Origin: Malacoraja senta
Taxonomy: Eukaryota
NCBI GenBank assembly: GCA_038087875.1
Contig: CM075988.1
Coordinates: 10,480,001 to 10,544,000 of the forward strand
Direction of reading: 5' to 3'
DNA length: 64,000 nucleotides
A program made the position numbers and the translations under genes. Each line of letters opens with the position of its first letter. Within the stretch, counting starts at the first letter, position 1. Below, in pieces: positions 23,586 to 34,117 of the stretch. The notes beneath the pieces are model-generated. The model saw nothing but the letters and a program-made list of their open reading frames with translations, was not told the origin of the DNA and searched no databases.

Positions 23586-25029
23586 TCCTTGCTCCCTCCA
23601 TTCTCTTCCCTTTGGCACAGCATGTCCCCAATAACCAACATGCCCCATCTATGTTAGTCCTTTTTGTTCGCGTTGGTCCACTAGAGTCCTAGAGTTTTAA
23701 GAAACACATGCTTTGTACAACCAAAGAGAGAGTGTGTGGACCACATTATGAGATGAACATATCTTTCTCCCCTTCCTCAAGGTGGAAGATTGATTGAGTA
23801 ACCATATTTCTGTTTGACCTGAGAATGAACTTCATGCTTCCCTTGCTCCACAACTGTACACAAATGCATTCTGATGAAAAATGCATGTGTAGAAAGGTAC
23901 TGCAGATCTTGGTACATACCGAAGATAGACACAAAGTGCTGGAGTAACTCAGAGGGTCAGGCAGCATCTCTGGAGCATGTAAAAAAAGAACTGCAGATGC
24001 TGTTATCCGTCTATCTGATAAAAAATGTAAACTGCCATTTCCTTCTTGGAAGCTTCCAACTCCTCTCTGGACTTTCACTAACATCGAATTTTTTGTTTCA
24101 TATTATTATTGTAGTGACAATGATGGATGGATAATGATGGCTCAATCTCTCAGCTTCCTACTTGCTCCAGTAGTATACGAGTTGTTGTACAGATTTTGAG
24201 TCAGTATATCGCAGCCAGGGAATGGATAAATTGAATGCGGTGGACCACTTTGTCTGATATTGCTGAATCCCTTTAAACAATAACTTACAGTAGATCAATT
24301 ATTTGTCTCTGGAGACCATATATTACAAGGTAGTCCCAATGATGAGGATATTGTTAATGTTCTTCCAAACCACTGGAGAGGGTTTTTAAATCTCCCCACT
24401 GCTTTTCTAAGTTAAGGTAATTATGTTAGATCAACGTTGCCTGAATCCAGACTACTCTTGTGTTTGGAAGCTAATGAGTAAAGTCATTTACTTCAACCTA
24501 ATCAGTATATCTTCTTAAAACATAACCTTGTAAAAGATGTGCATCAATGCTGTTCACAGTTTCATCCTTTATGGTTTCCATGGTTTAAAATGAAGTATTT
24601 AGCCACCATCTGCAGTTGGCCTGATGGGGCAAAAAGTGGATACGTGTGTTGTGAGCTGTGGAGGGCAAAGCAGACTGATGAATCACTCCACTTGGTAACC
24701 AGTCTGTCTTCTTTTATTACAAAGTTCTCACTATCTGCTCTACTTGCTCTACTGGAAAAAAAGGTTATTCCTGGTAATCCATCAAACAATGGCATTTCTG
24801 TATTTGCAATGTGCAAGTTAGTTTGTGTAGAGTGGCGGTGAGTAATATCACAAACCAAAATGAGAGCTCAGAAGAAAACACAGCAACATGGCACTGTCCA
24901 CAATCTAAGGATAACTAAACTGAAGTAGCTGTTGTAAACACAGCAACTAATTTGCATCCTCGCTGCTTCACTAAACAAAAAAACATGATATGTGGAGTGG
25001 ATATTTCGACTAACATGAAAGTCTATGAG

Positions 25030-25325
25030 TAGAGGGAACAACATCAGAATAAAGTGACATACCTTTAGAAAGGAGATGAGGGATTTCTTTAGCTGCAGGG
25101 TGGTGAATCTGTGGAATTAATTGCCACAGATGGCTGTGGAGACCGAGTCATTGGGTATTTTTAAAGCAGAGATTGACAGATTCTTGAAAAGGTGTCAAAG
25201 GTTACGGGGAGAAAGCAGGAGAATGGGGTTTAGAGGGAAAGATACATCAGCCATGATTGAATGGTGGAGTAGACTTGATGGGCCAAATGGTCTAATTCTG
25301 CTGCTATCTTATGAACTTATGAACC
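25030..25325 (+). mobile_element. CR1 3' fragment
   Basis: GGGTGGTGAATCTGTGGAATT...PQMAVETESLGIFKAEIDRFL followed by 3'UTR. Confidence 0.85.
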
Positions 25326-25847
25326 TGGCATTGGAAACTGATCCTAACTTGAGTTATGAAGTTACAGAATTATGCAGCACAGTAACAGGCCCTTCAGCCC
25401 AACTCGAACATGCCAATCAAGATGTCCCCTCCAAGCAAGTCCCAATTGTCTGCCCCTGACCTATGTCCCTCGGAACCTTTTGCATCAGGACTAGAACAAG
25501 CTCCAGCCAAGGTTCCCAGTTTAGCTGTCCCTGAATGCTGTCTAAAATCTTTCAACATTTCTGAATTCTTCCAAAATGTAGAAATGTTTCATAAACCATC
25601 TAAAACCATTTAAAAAAAAGGTTATTGGTAGCTGACAGCTATTTTCTGGTAATTGCTCGACTCTGCTCCAATTCTGAATTCCTCAGTAGAGTTGCTGACT
25701 CACAGCGCCAGGGACCCAGGTTTCATCCTAACTACCTGTGCTCTCTGCACGGAGTTTGCATGTTTTGTATTGTAACTTTTCAAGGGTGAAGTTTGGAGCA
25801 TGAATGCTGCATCGGTTTCTCACCACAGAATCAGGCAAGGTAAATCT

Positions 25848-26152
25848 AAGGTAGACACAAAATGCTGGAGTAACTCAGCGGGACAGGCAGCATCTGTGAA
25901 AAGAAGGAATGGGTGAAGTTTTGGGTCGAGACCCTTTTTCAGACTGATGTCAGGGGAATGGATGGGACAGAGCTGGAATGTAGTCAGAGACAGTAAGACC
26001 GTTGGGAGAACTGGGAAGGGGGAGGGGATGGAGAGGGAGGGCTATTTAAAGATAGAGAAGTCAATGTTCATACCGTTGGGTGTAAACTACCCAAGCGAAA
26101 CATGAGGTGCTGTTCCTCCAATTTGTGCTGGACCTCACTCTGACAATGGAGG
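25848..26152 (-). mobile_element. Penelope-like element 3' end (C-terminus of the GIY-YIG-containing ORF plus terminal repeat)
   Basis: Minus strand 26039-26151 reads LHCQSEVQHKLEEQHLMFRLGSLH then, after a 1-nt shift, NGMNIDFSIFK*; continues into the CTGA.AAAGGGTCTCGACCC...GATGCTGCCTGTCCCGCTGAGTTACTCCAGC repeat. Confidence 0.8.
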
Positions 26153-27151
26153 ACAATGGAGGACACATCTAAACCCTATTTATAGGTCTGATGAACCAAG
26201 AGGATTGTCCTAACAGAGCCTTGTGCTTTTAATGTAACATATCAAAGAAACAATATGGCTCATTGGCAAATATTTTCATAGAGCTGAAAAAATTAAATTG
26301 ACTGAAAGATGTAGCATTGGAACAGGCCCTTCGGCCCACAAAGCCCTCGTCGACCATCAATCACCTGTTCAACTGGTTGATCCATATTTATTCCAATGAT
26401 ATATCCAGATCAGCTGAACTTTATCGTAGCTTCTGTCCTTTATGTCTGCAGATGTTCCACAAAGCGCTATATAAATAAAATCTATTATTATTATTATTAT
26501 TATTAATTTTTTTAACCCCTTTATTCTGGATTTTTCAATTACATTGTATTTTATTGCACAAAGTTATTTACAGCTGGATAAAAAGGTTTTGCCTGATTTC
26601 TTCAGTCACAAGTTTTGCTTCGTGCCCTATTCATTCACCATCAACCATTTGTCTAAATCAGCTTTCTTAATCAAGTAAAGACAACAGCATTGGCAACACA
26701 CTTTTTTTTTTATTTTCTAAGGATAACTGTCTGCAATGAGGGGATAGAATCTGTGAAAGACCAGAGACAATTTGACTCCTTTACACGGGAGCAGGTGAGG
26801 TTGTTATGGACAAGGCATTCATCTTATTTACGATCTTTTAGGTAGTTTTATCACAAGTTTCCATGCTGCCTTGTCCACTAAATATGCGGTAATGGGTGAT
26901 TTTACAAACCATTAAACATGAGAACTGCACTTTGTGAACCATCCATAGACAGACCTCCTCAGCCGAATGCTTCCTGTTACACCACAGTGACACTGCTTGC
27001 CTTAGAATAGCTTGTTCCTTGCACATCAGACCTTTCAATGACAGGATGCGATTTTAGCCCTATTACTCCTGGATGACTTCAAACCAAGGTCACAGAGGTG
27101 ACAGAGCATCTGAGCTTGCTCCCGGGACTTCAATTAAGTTGGCATATCAGG

Positions 27152-27420
27152 GCAATACTGAGGGGGAGCGCGTCCATATGAAATGTGAACCTTCTGCCCT
27201 CTTAATTGGATGGAAAGGATCCCATGGCGCTACTCGAAGAAGTGAATTGAAGTAATGGCCTAGTTTTATCCTCTAACAATGTCACCACAACACATTAACT
27301 GCTCGTTTATGCCACAACTCATTGTGGGATTCTATTGGGTGCAAACTGGCCGTCATATTTGCCTCCACTAGAGCTGTGATTATTCTGTTATAGATCTTCA
27401 CCAGCTGTGGGTGATCCTGA
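27152..27420 (+). mobile_element. Ancient DeuSINE (SacSINE1/AmnSINE1-like) relic
   Basis: ATACTGAGGG...AAAGGATCCCATGGCGCTACTCGAAGAAG...TTTATCCTCTAAC...TTGTGGGAT...GTGCAAACTGGC resembles the Deu-domain consensus as I recall it. Confidence 0.65.
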
Positions 27421-27689
27421 TGGCAGGAATGGTCACATATTAAACCAACATTTTTCTGTCTTGGTGCTTTTGACTTAAATGTTCATAATCAGATTTCTTC
27501 ACTTTTCTGTTATTTAAAAGTAAAAATTGTGTGATTGGCTTCCTGCCCTTAACTGCACTCAGGTGTTGGTGAATCTACATGATAAGTGCACCCTACATTT
27601 GACTTAAAGACACCCACGTTTACAGCTTTGGAGATGAATTGGGGAGAGAGGGAGAGGAGGAGGATGAGAGACAGGGAAGGAGAGAGATT

Positions 27690-27940
27690 CACACACACTT
27701 ACACACACACACATTCTCTCACTCTCACTCTCTCTCTCATACACACACGCTCTTACTCTCACATGCACTCTAGCTCGCACACGCACTCTCACTCTCACTG
27801 TCACACACTCACACACTCACTCACTCACACACTCACTCACTCACTCACTCACTCACTCACTCACTCACTCACTCACTCACACACTCACTCACTCACACAC
27901 TCACACACTCACACACACAAACACACTCTTACACAAACAC
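27690..27940. repeat. Compound (CA)n/(CACT)n microsatellite
   Basis: Read directly. Confidence 0.95.
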
Positions 27941-28360
27941 AATATATGTACCTGGAGTACAATATAAGTATCCATATAATGGACACAATATAAATGCAGC
28001 TGAAGACATTACATCATGAAGACCATAGGGTAAACACAAGAGTTCTCTGGAAAGTAGAGTACTTCCATTCCACTTTCAAACTATATTCTCAGCCATAGTT
28101 CCTTACTCTTGACTGCTTTGCCCTAAATGGTGATTTCCTCAGAGATCTTTTGGTTTGTGAATTTCTTGTTGTTTCCTGCCTCTGAAGAGGATATGTCCTG
28201 ACTAGTTGCCTCATAGCGTGGCACGTCAGTTTAAATGCACGGGAACATACAGTAAGAGGCTGCAGAGAGTGGTGGACCCAGCCCATAATCCCACAGGCAC
28301 AGCACAGCCCTCCCCCGTCATTTTGCAGAGTCAATTTATGTGCAATTTAAGTGTGGTTTA

Positions 28361-28689
28361 AAGCCCTGTCCCACTGTACGAGTTCATTCAAGAGTTCTCA
28401 CGAGTATGCCCTGATTCGAACTCAGAGATTTACGGTAATGGCCGCTCGTCGGTACTCGGGGCTCTCGTGGACATTTTTCAACATGTTGAAAAATCTTCAC
28501 GAGTCTTCCCGAGCTTACCTGCCGTTAGCGAGTCTTCCCGAGTACCTGCCGTTAGCGTTACGAGCCGCTACGAGACGTCCCCGAGCTCCGACGTACCCGC
28601 TATGTACATTCTACGTGCTTCCACGAGTTTGATTTTTTTTTAAACTCGGGAGAGCTCTTGGAATGAACTCGTACAGTGGGGCAGGGCTT
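28361..28689. mobile_element. Non-autonomous PIF/Harbinger MITE
   Basis: About 34-bp TIR AAGCCCTGTCCCACTGTACGAGTTCATTC(C)AAGAG; TTA TSD at 28358-28360 and 28690-28692. Confidence 0.88.
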
Positions 28690-29072
28690 TTATGCTTTTA
28701 TGAATTATCTGAGTTAATGGTACTGTGAATTTGACTTGCTGAACTATGGAATAACCTTTGTATGCACCTTCAGAGAAACACTGAATTCACTAGTTTTGTT
28801 GCAAATGCAGTGGCCAAGTATTGTTGGATAGATTTACACTGACTGTAGGAAGGAACTGCAGGTGCTGCTTTAAACCGATGATAGACACAAAAACCTGGAT
28901 GATGTAGAGAGATTTTTAAAAAACCTCTGTGTAGAGGTACACAGCATTGGCACATTGTACAGGACATTTGTTTTTATGAATGTGATTTTTGAATGTGATC
29001 TGCAAGCGCCAGGTTCCCCTGTTCGAGGAGCAGCTACCCTACGATCTCTTCAGCTGATATTTAAACTCACAG

Positions 29073-29213
29073 TGTTTAAGAAGGAACTGCAGATGCTGGA
29101 AAATCGAAAGAAGAAAGTCTGAAGAAGGGTTTCAGCCCGAAATGTTGCCTATTTCATTCGCTCCATAGATGCTGCCGCACCCACTGAGTTTCTCCAGCAC
29201 TTTTGTCTACCTA
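29073..29213. mobile_element. PLE-derived fold-back insertion with TSD
   Basis: Flanked by direct repeat TAAACTCACAG (29062-29072, 29214-29224); contains a hammerhead-like core; a second PLE repeat follows at about 29225-29415. Confidence 0.75.
29116..29150 (+). ncRNA. Putative minimal type I hammerhead ribozyme core (PLE type)
   Basis: CTGAAGA-A-GGGTT(TC)AGCCC-GAAA-TG-T-T: CUGANGA and GAAA boxes, stem II, loopless stem III; stem I is weak. Confidence 0.5.
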
Positions 29214-29449
29214 TAAACTCACAGGTCTGTTTCCTTTATCATCGTTACTTTTTCTTTCATTCATTGTTCTTTATCTCTCTACCGTCTCTATCTCTCGTTT
29301 CCCTTATCCCTAACTAGTCTGAAGAAGGGTCTCAACCCAAAACGCCACCCATTCCTTCTCTCTAGAGATGCTGCCTGTCTCGCTGAGTTACGCCAGGTTT
29401 TTATGCCTATCTTTGATTTACACTGACTATTGGCTTCTTCAAAATGTTC

Positions 29450-29775
29450 ATGTAGATAGTCAGAACCTTATTCCCAGGGTTGAAATGTCAAAACCTAGAG
29501 GGCATAGCTTTAAGGCAAGAGGGGCAAGCTTGAAAGGAGATGTGCATGGCGTTTTTACACACAGAGGCTGGTAGATGCCTGGAATGAGCTGCCAGGGATG
29601 ATGGTGGAGGCAGATGAGATGGTTGCACTTAAGAGGCTTTTGGATAGGCTCATGGACATGGCAGGAATTACCAGATATAGGTCATGTGTAGGCGATGGAA
29701 TGAGTTCACCTTGGTATCATGTTTGACACAGCCATTGTGGGTCAAAGGACCTGTTCCTGTGCTGTACTGTTCTAT
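29450..29775 (+). mobile_element. CR1 3' fragment
   Basis: SQNLIPRVEMSKPRGHSFKARG and 3'UTR GGACCTGTTCCTGTGCTGTACTGTTCTATGTTC. Confidence 0.85.
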
Positions 29776-30317
29776 GTTCATGGAGCATCAGAGCATAGAT
29801 GTCCACAAGGTTCAAATCCTTAGTGTCAATAGGTTTTTGTTTGGACAATTCACTCTGTAAGTGAGTGACATTTACATGGTGACAACTGTTATCAGAACAG
29901 GAGGCCATTTAGTCATCCAGTTTATGCTGCCCCCCACCCCCCCCCCCCTCCCCAGCAATTCCATTAGTCCCACGTCTGCCTCCCTTGCCATGAGTTTTGT
30001 GCTTAGTCTGAGCTCATGCTCTTTAAATACCCTTTTCCTCAGTTGAACAAAAGTTGTGTTGGCACGCTGATGTAGTGGTGAATCTCATCATTGACATCAG
30101 CCTTCAAGAAAAGTTTTTTTTTTAATTTCTTGAACTTTTTTTTGTTCTGTGTGTTATCTATGTGTACTGTGTTTACAGTCCTCTTATGCTGCTGCAAGAA
30201 AGAATTTCAATGTTGCGTTATGGTACATATGTCAATGAAACACTCTTGACTTTAAGTATCCTGAGATATGGGGAAGTGGTCCCTGTTTGCAGGTTGTGTA
30301 TGTGAACATTTTATTGT

Positions 30318-30605
30318 GGTAGAGTTACACAGCATTGGCACAAGGTCAGGACATTTGTCTTTATGAATGTGTTTTTTGGCATGTGAGCTGAAGGCGCTGG
30401 GTTCCCCTGTTCGAGGAGCAGCCGACCTACGATCGCTTCGGCTGATATTTAAACTTATTGGCGTGATGGCAGGAATATTACTGCAGCATGTTTGCTGCAG
30501 GATGTGGGAAGTCAGGGGCACTGCTGGTGACACTGACCACTACACCTGTGGGAACTGTGTCCACATGAAGCTCCTCAAGGACCGCGTTAGAGAACTGGAG
30601 CAGCA
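30318..30605 (+). mobile_element. CR1 5' fragment (upstream sequence plus ORF1 N-terminal zinc finger/coiled coil)
   Basis: MAGILLQHVCCRMWEVRGTAGDTDHYTCGNCVHMKLLKDRVRELEQQ aligns by eye with the ORF1 start at 60979 (CQYCEMWEI...YSCSKC...LELRIDELETQ). Confidence 0.75.
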
Positions 30606-31359
30606 AAACATTCTGCAATTTGTATTAATTAACTAAACTATTAATGAAAAATGTGGACAGTGTATTTTATGTAACCACATTATGGCCAGTAATGCTCAAT
30701 TGATTAATTGATTAATGTTCTTTACTCGTGCTAAACCATACGTACATAGATGATTATTAACACATCCAATACAGTATACATAAACATTTATTTTGGAGAT
30801 TTAATGTGATCCTCAGAATATCTGGTGTTTGTGCCTTCAAAGCCTCGCTAATATTATCATGAGAGTTTTGACTTGTTTTATAACCTCTGTACATATACAT
30901 CGACTGATAGAGGTGATCAGATTGCACTAAAAATGGTTTTAATCTTGCATTATATATTCAAATAGCCAGCATTTTTCAGATCGAAGAGTCTGTTTTCAAT
31001 TTTGAAATGTAAATTACACATACATATTTAATCTTTATTCAAAGTATAAAATCAATAAATTTAGTCCATGACTGACTGCAACCTTCAGAAGACTGTCGGA
31101 AATCTACTAACAATTAAGATGAATGTCACTGCATTGTTTCCATGTCTTTTTGAAAATCTAAATGGGATTTAGGTTGTGTGAGCATTTCATTCGGAGCACC
31201 ACTGCATGTTAACGATTGTGAGGTTCCTCAAGGACATTTTAGGGCAGGGTGAGTTGTGGGCAGGGAGCTGCTTTCAGACCTGCGCCTCCCCACAAGAGCT
31301 CTGACCTGATTCTGACATCCATCATTTAATGAAATCACTGGGGACAGAAGCTAGGAGTG

Positions 31360-31735
31360 TGCACACACACGCCACCTAACACACACACACACAGCCTCAC
31401 TCATGCACGCTCTCGCACACAGCTTCGTACACAGCCTCGCACACAGCTTTGAACACAGCCTTGCACACAGTCATACAAATCCTTACAAACACACATGCAC
31501 ACACTCATACACATACTCATATGCACACTCACGCACACACAGACATGCACACACATACACAGACAGACACGCACATACGTACTCACATTCACTCTCACAC
31601 TCGCACTCATACTCACGCTCACGCAAGTATGCGCACACACTCATACACGCACACACACTTGCACGCGCACATACACACATACACACAGCCACACATGGTT
31701 GCATGCATGCACGTATGCATGCACACGCAAACACA
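31360..31735. repeat. Degenerate CA-rich microsatellite
   Basis: Read directly; includes several ACACAGC(C/T)TCGC-like units. Confidence 0.9.
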
Positions 31736-31909
31736 TGGAACCACTTTGGCTTTACTGCAGAAAGGTTTCTTGGTATGACGATGCGTGCAAGTACAGGCAT
31801 TTGGGGGAGAAAACAGCACTCATGCTCTCTGCTCTCCCATAGCTCTGCGGGGATTGGTATCCTGCATATATTTCCAATTAGATTCCCTTGTAAACATAGT
31901 TGATACACT

Positions 31910-32110
31910 AGTTCTATCCACACTAGGGACACTTTACTGAAGCCAATTAACCTATTAACCTTGGAATATGAGGGGAAACTGGAGCAAACCTATGAGGTCA
32001 CAGGGACAATGTGCAAACTCCACACAGACACCCCCCTCTAGTTAGGATCGAACCCTGGTCTCTGACGCTGCAAGGCAGCAACTCTACCGCGGCGCCAGTG
32101 TGCTGCCTTC
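31910..32110 (-). mobile_element. HE1-like SINE (partial)
   Basis: GGATCGAACCC (B box reverse complement), GCAGCAACTCTACCGC. Confidence 0.8.
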
Positions 32111-32335
32111 CAAGTGTTTTGGGAAAAATAAACCAAGAAAATCTGTTGCATTTTCTAAAACTGTAAAGCGCCATTCTCTATAAAGGTTTAAAATTACAGA
32201 TTTGAAAACATCGTATCATTTTTCATCTAATCCATTATATATTTCTGGGAGTGATTCTCCCTTTTATACCTCCACTTATCATCTTATGTTTCTATATTTG
32301 TCAATCGCCAACTTCCATTATCTACATTTATTATG

Positions 32336-32640
32336 GGGCGACACAGTGGCGCGCTTATAGAGATAGTATCTTACAGACCTAAGTTAGATCCTGACTATGG
32401 TTGATGTCTGTACGGAGGTTTTATGTCCTCCCCATGACCACGTGGGTTTTCTCCAAGTGCTCCAGTTTCCTCCAACGCTCCAAAGATGTACAGGTTTGTA
32501 GGTTAATTGGCTTTGGTAAAATTGTTAATTTTCCCTAGTGTGTAAGATCATGCTAGTGTATGGGGTGATCGCTGGTCGGCACAGACTCAGTGGGCCAAAC
32601 GGCCAGTTTCCGCACTGCATCTCTAAAGTCAAAAGTCCAA
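32336..32640 (+). mobile_element. HE1-like SINE
   Basis: V-domain CGTGGGTTTTCTCC...CTCCAAAGATGTACAGGTTTGTAGGTTAATTGGC and tail. Confidence 0.85.
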
Positions 32641-33394
32641 AGTTATCTCCTTCTTGCCACCCCATTGCAAACTCTGCCTTTCTTTCTCTCCTTGCCCCCC
32701 CCCCCCTGCTTTCTCTGAACTATAAAGCCTGTTCAGCTCAAGCCTTTCACTCATCAAGGAAAGTCACCAACTTGAAGCAGTGAGATGGATCTTTCATTGA
32801 GCAGGGAGCTGCTTGAGTGTTCTTCGCCCGCATGGAACTGGAGGAAATCTTTAATTGAGTCTTTCTGTGAGACAAACACACTCATCGCCACTAGATGATA
32901 ATAAAAACTGAAAGCCATTCTAAAAATTAAAACAGAAGGAACATTTGCATTTGTAAAAATAATCAATATTTTTACATCAAATTAAATAAAATGATCTACT
33001 CCCTATTTTGTGGATCGCTATTTCTTCCCATTGATGGCAATTAGACCTCTACTTGACTCAGACTCATGAGGATGAATTTTTTAGCCCCCTCTAGAGTTAA
33101 GGCATCACACATTAGCTTCAGTGTCCTGACTGTGTCAGAATGTGCCAGTAAAGACTCCTTAATTAAGCACCTTGTATAAATCATATGTGCTTTGCGGATC
33201 TTCACTGAGTTTTAAATTCATTGACAGTCTGGTCTAATTGTACGGACTTTCTACTTCTATGTGGGGAGATAATATTGATTCTCTTTATCTACATTTTTTC
33301 AAGTGTATGCAAAAATAAGTAAATCATTGGGAAGTATTTGACTTCTCCAACTCCGTGTAAAGATCTTAAAATGTAAACCTCTTAAATGGGGTTT

Positions 33395-34117
33395 AGGGTT
33401 TAGAGAAACAGCGTGGAAACAGACACTTTGGCCCACTGAGCCTATGCTGATCATCAATCACTCATGCACTAGTTCTACATAATATCACTTTTGCATTCTA
33501 CACAATAGGGGCAATTTACAAAGGCAAATTAATCAACAAACCTGCACGTGTTTGCAGTGTGGGATAAAACCAGAACACCTGGAGGAAACCTACGTGGTCA
33601 CTGGGAGAATGTCCAGGAAGGCTCTGCAGAGAGTAGTGCGTTCAGCCGAACGCACCACGGGAACTACACTCCCACCCCCCCTGCAGGACCTATACACCAG
33701 GAGGTGCAGATCCAGAGCCTGTAGGATCATGAAGGACCCCTACCACCCCAGCAACGGACTGTTCCAGCTCCTGCTGTCAGGCAAGCGCCTCAACTGTCAT
33801 GCAGCAAAAACAGAGAGGCTTAGATGGAGTTTCTTCCCACAGGCCATCAGGACTGTACACTCTGATCTCACCAGGGTGTAAATACTGTTGCATCTTATTT
33901 TTTAATGTAAATACAGGTTCTGTTCTGTTCTGTTGTTTTGCACAATCCTGCAAGCAATGACACTTTCATTTCATTGTACATCTTGTATGTGTATGTGACA
34001 AATAAAGTTGACTTGACTTGACTTGAACTTCACACAGACTGCACCCAAGGTCAGGATCAAACTGGGTCTCTAGTGCTGTGAGGCAGCAGCTCTACCACTG
34101 CACCACTGTGCCACCCT
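33395..34117 (-). mobile_element. HE1-like SINE split by a Rex1 insertion
   Basis: SINE halves 33395-33612 and 34026-34117 rejoin as GGTCACTGGGAGAATGT|AACTTCACACAGAC. Confidence 0.8.
33613..34025 (+). mobile_element. Rex1/Babar LINE 3' fragment
   Basis: RKALQRVVRSAERTTG...LQDLYTRRC...IMKDPYHPSNGLFQLLLSGKR...SFFPQAIR; AATAAA plus (GACTT)n tail. Confidence 0.88.

Noticed and set aside
24539..24858. Overlapping ORFs of about 100 aa on both strands
   Set aside because: No recognisable domain; length is within chance for 64 kb.
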